DNA of 63,958 bases, the filler included, from Octopus bimaculoides (taxonomy: Eukaryota), in the NCBI RefSeq assembly GCF_001194135.2. It is 6 parts of 6 records of this genome, joined end to end, with 100 filler letters (N's around TTAATTAATTAA, not from the genome) between each part and the next. Parts side by side here need not be neighbours in the genome. Positions count along the whole stretch, not along the records: positions 12,625 to 35,921 come from NC_068981.1; positions 36,022 to 54,561 come from NC_068990.1; 4 more parts are not named here. One strand, given 5' to 3'. Both the position numbers and the translations under genes were made by a program. The notes beneath the pieces are model-generated. The model had not been told where the DNA came from, made no database searches, and saw nothing but the letters and a program-made list of their open reading frames with translations. Of the stretch, positions 26,620-36,617 are shown piece by piece. How positions within the stretch are numbered: the stretch's first letter is position 1; every line of letters starts with the position of its first letter.

Positions 26620-26800
26620 CAATCTGTCTGCCTGTCAGACTATCTATCTGTCTGTCTGTTACCATCTTAGTGCCTAAACCAGCAAACCAATATTCACGAA
26701 ACTTTGCATACATATTACACTAACATCCAGTTCAATAATAGGCCAATTGGATTCCGATAAAAATCTATAATGTGCCCCTCCCCCAGAGGCGTTGGACGAA
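26620..26800 (+). mobile_element. Possible non-autonomous Helitron/HINE-like 5' segment
   Basis: (CTGT)n followed by aaaccaatattcacgaaactttgcat, similar in layout to 31055-31165. Confidence 0.35.
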
Positions 26801-27164
26801 TTATATGATAAAATGAGAAGGTTGCAAAAAGTATTAGCCGAGGGGAAAGGTAGTAGCAGAAAGAGAATGACTTAAATCAGTGAAGGCGAAAACAGCGACG
26901 GCAATGAGATATAACGTTAAAAAAAGCGGATCTTGTTCAAAACGGGGGCACCAGTTTTCATTTATGTTTTATGTAGTGTTTTTGGTACCGAAAGACTTTC
27001 AAACTTCGTATACTTATCTATTTTGTGTTATAGAACAGAAAAAAATTTTTGTATTCGAATTTATTTCATGTAAAAAATTGTCTTATTTCGATAATTTCTA
27101 CTAATCACTGACGTCTATTCAGTTGAAAACAATTAGCGCTGTACCGGTGTATATCGTATTAATC

Positions 27165-27217
27165 CCCTAACCCTAACCCTAACTAGACTGTTAACCCTAA
27201 CCCTAACCCTAACCCTA
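27165..27217 (-). repeat. Interstitial telomere-type (TTAGGG)n repeats, about 7 units in two blocks
   Basis: ccctaaccctaaccctaa ctagactgttaa ccctaaccctaaccctaaccctag. Confidence 0.85.
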
Positions 27218-27657
27218 GAATCCGAACTCTAAAATTGTTACACACATAGATACACACAGCGTAATTTATNNNNNNNNNNNNNNNNNNNNNNNNNNNNNNN
27301 NNNNNNNNNNNNNNNNNNNNNNNNNNNNNNNNNNNNNNNNNNNNNNNNNNNNNNNNNNNNNNNNNNNNNNNNNNNNNNNNNNNNNNNNNNNNNNNNNNNN
27401 NNNNNNNNNNNNNNNNNNNNNNNNNNNNNNNNNNNNNNNNNNNNNNNNNNNNNNNNNNNNNNNNNNNNNNNNNNNNNNNNNNNNNNNNNNNNNNNNNNNN
27501 NNNNNNNNNNNNNNNNNNNNNNNNNNNNNNNNNNNNNNNNNNNNNNNNNNNNNNNNNNNNNNNNNNNNNNNNNNNNNNNNNNNNNNNNNNNNNNNNNNNN
27601 NNNNNNNNNNNNNNNNNNNNNNNNNNNNNNNNNNNNNNNNNNNNNNNNNNNNNNNNN

Positions 27658-27690
<33 letters not shown>

Positions 27691-27766
27691 GAGGTGTACA
27701 GAAGGTGGGTAAACACTGCATAAGGAGTAGACAACCACAATATATGTATATATATATATATATATA

Positions 27767-28035
27767 ACGGACCGTGCTTACATTTCAGGAAATTCCTGCT
27801 AGCCTATTGGAACCCACGTGTTAACAATGTCACTGGCGATCGATAGCAAAGAGATACAATCCCCTTTGTTGACATTGAGTAATGGGATCCTTTTCTCCTC
27901 CATATTCTAGAAAGGCCACTGGCTAGAGAGGCCTTTAGCCAATAGGTTTTGGGATCTGATGATACGCTATAAAGCTAAGCCCTTTATGGACGTGAAACCT
28001 AAGATAATCCCATAAACCGATCTTATCTAACATTT
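27767..28035 (+). mobile_element. Penelope-like element 3' end (GIY-YIG C-terminus and 3' UTR) bounded by (TA)n
   Basis: Starts GPCLHFRKFLLAYWNP; inverted homologue of 29010-29325. Confidence 0.8.
27950..28012 (+). ncRNA. Hammerhead-ribozyme-like motif (type I layout) in the Penelope-like 3' region
   Basis: TGGGAT-CTGATGA-T-hairpin-GAAA-CCTAAG-ATA-ATCCCA; stem I TGGGAT/ATCCCA is perfect; stem III is non-canonical. Confidence 0.6.
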
Positions 28036-28949
28036 ATATATATATATATATATATATATACAAGAAATGAGGGCAGGGAATCGTCAATTAATAATAGAAT
28101 TAATAATTAACAATTATGCCAAGTAGTTCAGTATGAAAAAAACCCTTATCGGTAAGACCATTTATCATCATAAATATAAGGGATTAGCAATTGAGTTGCT
28201 TCTCCAACATACTGAAAATTTAGAAATAGCAGTCAAAGAACTACTGATTCTAAACTACAAATTTTCATACTGAACTACTTGGCATAATTGTTAATTATTA
28301 NNNNNNNNNNNNNNNNNNNNNNNNNNNNNNNNNNNNNNNNNNNNNNNNNNNNNNNNNNNNNNNNNNNNNNNNNNNNNNNNNNNNNNNNNNNNNNNNNNNN
28401 NNNNNNNNNNNNNNNNNNNNNNNNNNNNNNNNNNNNNNNNNNNNNNNNNNNNNNNNNNNNNNNNNNNNNNNNNNNNNNNNNNNNNNNNNNNNNNNNNNNN
28501 NNNNNNNNNNNNNNNNNNNNNNNNNNNNNNNNNNNNNNNNNNNNNNNNNNNNNNNNNNNNNNNNNNNNNNNNNNNNNNNNNNNNNNNNNNNNNNNNNNNN
28601 NNNNNNNNNNNNNNNNNNNNNNNNNNNNNNNNNNNNNNNNNNNNNNNNNNNNNNNNNNNNNNNNNNNNNNNNNNNNNNNNNNNNNNNNNNNNNNNNNNNN
28701 NNNNNNNNNNNNNNNNNNNNNNNNNNNNNNNNNNNNNNNNNNNNNNNNNNNNNNNNNNNNNNNNNNNNNNNNNNNNNNNNNNNNNNNNNNNNNNNNNNNN
28801 NNNNNNNNNNNNNNNNNNNNNNNNNNNNNNNNNNNNNNNNNNNNNNNNNNNNNNNNNNNNNNNNNNNNNNNNNNNNNNNNNNNNNNNNNNNNNNNNNNNN
28901 NNNNNNNNNNNNNNNNNNNNNNNNNNNNNATATATATATATATATATAT

Positions 28950-29719
28950 GTCGTCCGTAAACATAAATCCGAAAAAAGAAGCACACTCTAAGTTATAGAG
29001 AAGTATACATTAAAGTTAGATAAAGCCGGCTTATGGAATTATCTTACGTTTCACGTCTATAAAGGCCTTGGCTTTACGGCTTATCATCAGATTCAAAGAC
29101 ATGTTGGCTAAAGACCTCTCTAGCGAATGATCTCTAGCGAATATGGAGGAAGAAAGGACCCCGTTACTCAATGTCAACAAAGGGGGTTATCTCCCCTTGG
29201 CTATCGATCACCGATGTCAACAAAGGGGATTGTATACCTTTGGCTATCGATCACCGATGACCCTGTTGTCCCGTGGGTTCCAATAGGCTAGCAGAAATTT
29301 CCTGAAATGTAAGCACGGTCCGAAAACATCCGTTCTGGAGTTCAGGATGTTCCCTGGGTCGAGAGAATCCTTTAGGATCATCGCCCTTTCTGCTATGTCT
29401 AGTTTACAGTGACTGGTCCCGTTAATGTAAGGGTCTGGATTTTCTAGGATTCTCCATGATATTGCGTATGGAATCAGCTGCCATACATGGCTGGCTAATG
29501 ATATGACGAATCTCCTTCTGGTATCCAGAAGGAGGATCTGTGGTTGGAGAGGCGTTGTTTGAACGAGTTCCCGGAACAGCCGATGTATCTCCGTGGTCGG
29601 ATGTTGGCGGTGGTGTGTCTGTTGGTGTTGGCGTCGCTGCCACCGCTGTTGCTTGAACTGGCGCTGTTGGTGCTGGTGTTGGTGCCGCCACTGGCGGTGT
29701 TGGTAAATATAATATAAAT

Positions 29720-29721
<2 letters not shown>
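28950..29721 (-). mobile_element. Penelope-like element: GIY-YIG endonuclease remnant and 3' UTR
   Basis: RRYIGCSGNSFKQRLSNHRSSF, then after a frameshift SLASHVWQL..AISWRIL..PYINGTSHCKL..AERAMIL..ILNSRTDVFGPCLHFRKFLL; (TA)n on both sides. Confidence 0.85.
29034..29095 (-). ncRNA. Second hammerhead-ribozyme-like motif
   Basis: Reverse complement TGAAT-CTGATGA-T-AAGCCGTAAAGCCAAGGCCTTTATAGACGT-GAAA-CGTAAG-ATA-ATTCCA. Confidence 0.55.
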
Positions 29722-29785
<64 letters not shown>

Positions 29786-29806
29786 CACACACACACATAT
29801 ATATAT

Positions 29807-30355
29807 GGGTACAGCACATCACCAACAATAAACAACATGAAATAGGAAAGCAAATGAGCTCAGTACGCAAACGACGAGAGAAACAAAATGAAAACAGAAC
29901 AAGTAACATAAAGAGCAACCCATCATCAGCTGTCAGCCGCCTATCTACTCCCCATTTCGAGCACTGAACGACAATACGAGTCTTTGAAGACAGTTGCTCC
30001 TATGAAATTTGGGATTTATGGAGGGTACAAGGAAACATACAAGGAAACCGAACAAAAATAAACATGGAGGGTCACTAGACCAGAATGAGGGCAAAATAGC
30101 GAATACTGGAGGAATATTTTCTTTGACAAAAGGAAAAATAAAAGGGAGAGATAAGATACGTGCTGTCTTTAAGACAGAACTCAAAAGAAAAAAGATGATC
30201 ACCTGAGGAGAAAAAAGATGGACGATAGTCACGTGTGAGCAATGAGAGAGAGCGAGAAACGGAGAAAGAGGACGAGAGATAGTAAACGGTGAAGGGAGAA
30301 AAAAAGAGAATTATTGAAAGGATGAGAGAGAAAACAGTATCAAGTAGAGTCACAT
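29807..30355 (+). repeat. Dispersed repeat F, second copy
   Basis: Follows (TA)n; homologous to the reverse complement of 24450-24975. Confidence 0.7.
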
Positions 30356-30409
30356 GAAAAAGATAAATTTACTTGGAAATGGAAGTGTTGCGTTCAATCA
30401 AATAATATA

Positions 30410-30442
<33 letters not shown>

Positions 30443-30694
30443 NNNNNNNNNNNNNNNNNNNNNNNNNNNNNNNNNNNNNNNNNNNNNNNNNNNNNNNNNN
30501 NNNNNNNNNNNNNNNNNNNNNNNNNNNNNNNNNNNNNNNNNNNNNNNNNNNNNNNNNNNNNNNNNNNNNNNNNNNNNNNNNNNNNNNNNNNNNNNNNNNN
30601 NNNNNNNNNNNNNNNNNNNNNNNNNNNNNNNNNNNNNNNNNNNNNNNNNNNNNNNNNNNNNNNNNNNNNNNNNNNNNNNNNNNNNNNNNNNNNA

Positions 30695-30727
<33 letters not shown>

Positions 30728-30761
30728 CATACATACATACATGCATGCATGCATGCATAAA

Positions 30762-30795
<34 letters not shown>

Positions 30796-30889
30796 AATAT
30801 ATATATATATATATCTATATATATATATATATATATGACATGCGAATACATACGTATGCACAGACACACAAATACATACATATATATAT

Positions 30890-31046
30890 GACGGTTTTCT
30901 TTCAGTTTCCGTCTACCAAATCCACTCACAAGTCTTTGGTTGACCTGAGGCTATAGTAGAAGATACTTGCCCAAGGTGCCCCGCAGTGGGACTGAACCCG
31001 GAACTATGTAGTTGGGAAGCAAGCTTCTTACTACATAGCCACTCCT
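30890..31046 (-). mobile_element. SINE family A, 5' half
   Basis: ttcagtttccgtctaccaaatccactcac...gccactcc. Confidence 0.85.
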
Positions 31047-31054
31047 GTGCTTTA

Positions 31055-32275
31055 TCTCTCTCTCTATAAAATTCTTAGTCTGTCTGTCTGCCTGTCTGTC
31101 TGTCTGTTCCCTGTGCATTCTCCAACGGCTCCACCAAATCAAATCAAATTTTACAAGTGTCAACATGTAATTTTTATTTCATTTGGATTAAAACAATATA
31201 ACATTTTCTCGAAAATAATCTTTCTATAGACCTCTGTAGTAAAAGACATTTTATACGACGACGACGTCACATTTTGTATATGAGCAGGTATGTGTCTGTC
31301 TGTGAGTGTGTGTGTTTGCGCGTTCGTTACGTACGACATAGTAAAGGACATTTTATACCACCACCACGACACATTTTGTATATGTGTATGTGTCTGTCAA
31401 TGTGGGTGTTTGCGCGTTCGTTACGTAAATGTATGTTTGTGTGTGTCTGTCTTAGTATTTGTATGTCAGTGTATGTGTGTTTGTCAATTACACTGATGTA
31501 AACAGGCTATGTGAAAGAGCTATACTGGCTCCAACTAATGAAATGGTTGATAAACTCAATCATGAACTTCAAAAGTTAACAGAAACATTAGAAATGACTT
31601 TTCCATCAATTCACGCAACAGTCGATCAAGATCAGGCAGTTCAATATCCTGTAGAATTTCTGAACACTCTTAAACCCACAGAGATGCCACCGCATAACTT
31701 GACACTAAAGCTGGATGCTCTCATTATGTTGCTTATGGATCTTGACCCACCTCGACAGTGTAATGGAACTTGCTTAATTGTTACTTCTATGATGCTCCAT
31801 ATCCTAAAGACAACAATCACAACAGGTTGTCGCAAAGAAGAAAATGTCTTTATTCCAAAATTTCGTCTCATACCTACAGATGTTCCATTTGAATTTAAGA
31901 AGCTTCAGTTTCCAGTCAAACTAAGGTTTGGTATTTCAGTTAACAAACCTCAGGGTCAATGCCTGGAGGTGGTTGGACAGACTTCATCTCTCTACTACAT
32001 GCTTCTCCCACGGCCAACTCTATGTTGGTTGCTCACGAGTTGGAAGCAGCAACAATTAATTCATTTCGACACCAATAAAAAATTACACAATAAATATTGT
32101 TTACCCTGAGGTGTTTCAAGATTGACAGATTTTCAGTTCTAAATTCTCTTATCATTACAATTTGTATATTTTTTAAAATAAAATATAGATGTTTTGAAAT
32201 ATATCTTCATATTTATTGTTTACTAATTTGAATAAGAACAACAGTAACCCTGGCAATGCCGGGTAAATCAGCTAG
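31055..32275 (+). mobile_element. Helitron deletion derivative retaining the PIF1-like helicase C-terminus
   Basis: RAILAPTN, QYPVEFLN...PPHNLTLK, LDPPRQCNGT, VFIPK..LIPTDVPFEFKKLQFPVKL..SVNK.QGQ, then FSHGQLYVGCSRV after a frameshift; 3' hairpin CCTGGCAATGCCGGG (32249-32263) then CTAG|T (32272-32275). The 5' boundary is uncertain. Confidence 0.85.
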
Positions 32276-32338
32276 TGATATAATACATATGGTCATGTAT
32301 TTACGTGTATGTGTAAATACGTATGTATGTATGTATGT

Positions 32339-32463
<125 letters not shown>

Positions 32464-33200
32464 ATATTTCTTGCTCGTGGGCACGTATACACACTCAAAG
32501 ATATACTTGTAGTTACATTTATATTTATATTGTTCTCTCTCTNNNNNNNNNNNNNNNNNNNNNNNNNNNNNNNNNNNNNNNNNNNNNNNNNNNNNNNNNN
32601 NNNNNNNNNNNNNNNNNNNNNNNNNNNNNNNNNNNNNNNNNNNNNNNNNNNNNNNNNNNNNNNNNNNNNNNNNNNNNNNNNNNNNNNNNNNNNNNNNNNN
32701 NNNNNNNNNNNNNNNNNNNNNNNNNNNNNNNNNNNNNNNNNNNNNNNNNNNNNNNNNNNNNNNNNNNNNNNNNNNNNNNNNNNNNNNNNNNNNNNNNNNN
32801 NNNNNNNNNNNNNNNNNNNNNNNNNNNNNNNNNNNNNNNNNNNNNNNNNNNNNNNNNNNNNNNNNNNNNNNNNNNNNNNNNNNNNNNNNNNNNNNNNNNN
32901 NNNNNNNNNNNNNNNNNNNNNNNNNNNNNNNNNNNNNNNNNNNNNNNNNNNNNNNNNNNNNNNNNNNNNNNNNNNNNNNNNNNNNNNNNNNNNNNNNNNN
33001 NNNNNNNNNNNNNNNNNNNNNNNNNNNNNNNNNNNNNNNNNNNNNNNNNNNNNNNNNNNNNNNNNNNNNNNNNNNNNNNNNNNNNNNNNNNNNNNNNNNN
33101 NNNNNNNNNNNNNNNNNNNNNNNNNNNNNNNNNNNNNNNNNNNNNNNNNNNNNNNNNNNNNNNNNNNNNNNNNNNNNNNNNNNNNNNNNNNNNNNNNNNN

Positions 33201-33567
33201 TAGGGCAGCGGACTCGCGGTCATAGGATCGCGGTTTCGATTCCCAGACCAGGCGTTGTGAGTGTTTATTGAGCGAAAACACTTAAAGCTCCACGAGGCTC
33301 CGGCTGGGGATGGTGGTGGCGAACCCTGCTGTACTCTTTCACCACAACTTTCTCTCACTCTTACTTCCTGTTTCTGTTTGCCTGTAATTCAAAGGGCCAG
33401 CCTTGTCACACTGTGTCACGCTGAATATCCCCAAAGAACTACGTTAAGGGTACACGTGTCTGTGGAGTGCTCAGCCACTTGCACGTTAATTTCACGAGCA
33501 GGCTGTTCCGTTGATCGGATCAACTGGAACCCTCGACGTCGTAAGCGACGGAGTGCCAACGACAACA
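33201..33567 (+). mobile_element. tRNA-derived SINE (C-prime body) with tail type T1, apparently young
   Basis: gggcagcggactcgcggtcataggatcgcggtttcgattccc head; tail caaagggccagccttgtcac...cacttgcacgttaatttcacgagcaggctgttccgttgatc; close copy at 60221-60538. Confidence 0.88.
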
Positions 33568-33598
33568 GTTTTTGAATGATTTATCAGGCAGGATAGTG

Positions 33599-33796
33599 CA
33601 GTGCTCGGCAACCGGTATGCCGTGGCACACTAATGTGCCACGAGACAATGCTAGGTGTGCCGCAGTGTTATCTGAATATAAGTTTTTTGTTTTTTTTTCC
33701 CCCGATACTTTTAGTTGTATTTTTAGTTCAGGTGTGCCACCGAATTTTGAAAAGAATTTAAGTGTACGACAAGTGAAAACAGGTTGAGGAACACTC
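33599..33796. mobile_element. hAT-like MITE
   Basis: Imperfect TIRs cagtgctcggcaacc / ggttgaggaacactc with internal gtgccgtggcacac and ggtgtgcc motifs; no clear 8-bp TSD. Confidence 0.55.
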
Positions 33797-33879
33797 AATG
33801 ATAATGCACGAAGGAGAAATTAAAGGGATTTTATATGAATGCCTTCCCTAGGTGCCGTAGAAGTTTGAGGTCAAGAAGA

Positions 33880-34290
33880 GTCGCACTTTGCAACCTGTAT
33901 GGTTTCGGGTTCAGTCGTTCAATCCCATCACGCGGCACCTTGGGCAAGTGTCTTCTATTGGTGCATTTGGTTGACGGAAGCTGCAAGGAAGCTCATCGTG
34001 TGTGTGTATGTGTCTTTGTGCTTGTGCTGTGTTTGTCCCCGCCTTCCTTTAACAACTGGTATTGAATTGTTTATGCCCTCGTAATATAGTGGTTCGGTAA
34101 AAGAAGCCAAGAGAATAAGAAGCAAACCTTAAAAAATTAGTTCTGAGGGTCGATTTGTTCGACGAAATCTTCACATATCAAGGTACCACGCAGTGGGACT
34201 AAACCCACTGCGTGGAACCTTGGGCAAGTGTCTTCTACTATAGCCACCAAAACCTTGTGAGTGGACTTGGTAGACGGAAACTGAAATATA
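33880..34290 (+). mobile_element. Old, rearranged family A SINE fragments
   Basis: ggcaccttgggcaagtgtcttcta occurs at about 33935 and again at about 34215. Confidence 0.7.
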
Positions 34291-35230
34291 TATGTATACT
34301 AGCTTAATATATATGTATACAAATATATTCGACGCCCCAGGGAGGCTTTTAAGCTAGTATGTAACTTTTAAGCAACTAACCCCAAATGGGAAGATCTGCA
34401 AACAGATCTCTGACTTGTCTTGGAGAATTTGTTGCAATTGCTTCCTCCAGAGTCATATCCCAATGATGATCACATTCGTCACTAAAAATCATGTAAAAAA
34501 AAAATCACCGAAAACAATCGTAGTAATGAAAACATANNNNNNNNNNNNNNNNNNNNNNNNNNNNNNNNNNNNNNNNNNNNNNNNNNNNNNNNNNNNNNNN
34601 NNNNNNNNNNNNNNNNNNNNNNNNNNNNNNNNNNNNNNNNNNNNNNNNNNNNNNNNNNNNNNNNNNNNNNNNNNNNNNNNNNNNNNNNNNNNNNNNNNNN
34701 NNNNNNNNNNNNNNNNNNNNNNNNNNNNNNNNNNNNNNNNNNNNNNNNNNNNNNNNNNNNNNNNNNNNNNNNNNNNNNNNNNNNNNNNNNNNNNNNNNNN
34801 NNNNNNNNNNNNNNNNNNNNNNNNNNNNNNNNNNNNNNNNNNNNNNNNNNNNNNNNNNNNNNNNNNNNNNNNNNNNNNNNNNNNNNNNNNNNNNNNNNNN
34901 NNNNNNNNNNNNNNNNNNNNNNNNNNNNNNNNNNNNNNNNNNNNNNNNNNNNNNNNNNNNNNNNNNNNNNNNNAAAAATAAAACAAAATGATAGTGTCCA
35001 GTAGTTGGTTCAGTATGCTGGCCACAGGAATTTCTCTCCAAGAAAGTTCTACATCCTCTTGCTCTTTCTCTCACATACCCACTCTTTCTCTCTCGCTTAT
35101 TATTACTCCCATTGCCACCATCAACACTACTACTTTTAATAAAACATCATCAACTCTCCTTAAATTTCTTTGTTTCTCTTTCTCTCCTCTTTCCTTTCTC
35201 TCACTCTCTCTCTCCCTCTCTCTTTCTCTC

Positions 35231-35261
<31 letters not shown>

Positions 35262-35401
35262 CCTCGATATACTTTCACCGTCTCTGTGTCTACTATAACT
35301 CTCACCTCAGCACGAGGAAGTGTCATTAAATAGTGAGAGATGGGGTCAAAGTGTGACACACTGACACACAGAAATTCGTTTTCGCATTTGTTATATTAGA
35401 T

Positions 35402-35630
35402 GTGTGTCCGTGTCCGTAACCTAGTGGTTCAGCAAAAGAGATCAAAAGACTAAGTACTAGGCTAACAAAGAATAAGTCCTGGGGTTGATTTCTTCGACAA
35501 AAAAGCCGTTAAAGCAGTGCTCCAGCATGACTGCAATCAAATAACTGAAAGTAAAAGAATAAAAGAATATATATATGTATGTATTTGTATGCATGTATGC
35601 ATGTATATATGCATATGTATATATGTGTGT

Positions 35631-35662
<32 letters not shown>

Positions 35663-35845
35663 CTGTGTGTGTGTGGGTGTGTGTGTGTATGCAGGTGTGT
35701 TTGAGCGGTAAGAAGTTTACTTCTCAGCTACATAGTTCCGGGTTCAGTCCCATTGCGTGGTATTTTGAATAAGTGTCTTCTACTGGAGACCGAGTAAATC
35801 CTCGTGAGGGATTTGGTATACAAGAACCAAAAGAAGCCGGTCGTA
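35402..35845 (+). mobile_element. Family A SINE 3' half followed by a second family A 5' half
   Basis: Tail to 35560, (TG)n, then gcaggtgtgtttgagcggtaagaag head. Confidence 0.7.
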
Positions 35846-35921
35846 TGTGAGTGTGCTAGCGCGTGTATACGTGAGTGTGTGTATATGCCTACATACATAC
35901 ATACATACATACATACATACA

Positions 35922-36021
35922 NNNNNNNNNNNNNNNNNNNNNNNNNNNNNNNNNNNNNNNNNNNNTTAATTAATTAANNNNNNNNNNNNNNNNNNNNNNN
36001 NNNNNNNNNNNNNNNNNNNNN
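35922..36021. other. Artificial scaffold-joining spacer
   Basis: 44 N + TTAATTAATTAA (35966-35977) + 44 N. Confidence 0.95.
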
Positions 36022-36040
36022 ATATATATATATATATATT

Positions 36041-36140
36041 ATTTAAAAGAGTTCCAACTCTGTTTTTTTATGTTTTATTTATATTCTTATAAGAATATAA
36101 ATAAAACATAAAAAACAGACAGAGTTGGAACTCCTTTAAA
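36041..36140. repeat. Near-perfect 100-bp palindrome
   Basis: gagttccaactctg(t)7atgttttatttatattctta|taagaatataaataaaacat(a)6cagacagagttggaactc. Confidence 0.9.
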
Positions 36141-36234
36141 TAATATATTCCTCTATACACGATCATACAAAACCCTTTTTTTTTGTATATTTTTGTATTT
36201 ATTTTTATTTTCATTTTTTATATTTATTTTTATT

Positions 36235-36265
<31 letters not shown>

Positions 36266-36311
36266 GCAATATCATACTTACATCTATTCAATATTATTTA
36301 TTACTCTACAG

Positions 36312-36617
36312 TTGCATCCCAAGGCAGTATTGCTTACTTTGTCATTGTGGAAATGAGTTTAGTGAATGTGATGTACCAAACATCACTGAAGCAGTTCCTG
36401 GGAATCTTTGATTACTCCATTAAGAAATCTGCCAAGTCACCGGTCACATCTAAACGTATAATGAACATTATCGAATACTTTACATTCAAGATATTCACAT
36501 ACACCTGCCGTGGTCTGTATGAACGAGATAAGTTTCTGTTTACCCTTCTCCTTACAATCAAGATTGCCATTGCCTCAGGATCTATCATACCCTTGGAATT
36601 TGATACATTTATTAAAG
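36312..36617 (+). CDS. DNAH5: Dynein heavy chain exon A (306 nt, phase 1-1)
   Basis: tacag|ttgca...attaaag|gtaac; [35 protein letters not shown]...[15 protein letters not shown]...FDTFIKG. Confidence 0.95.
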
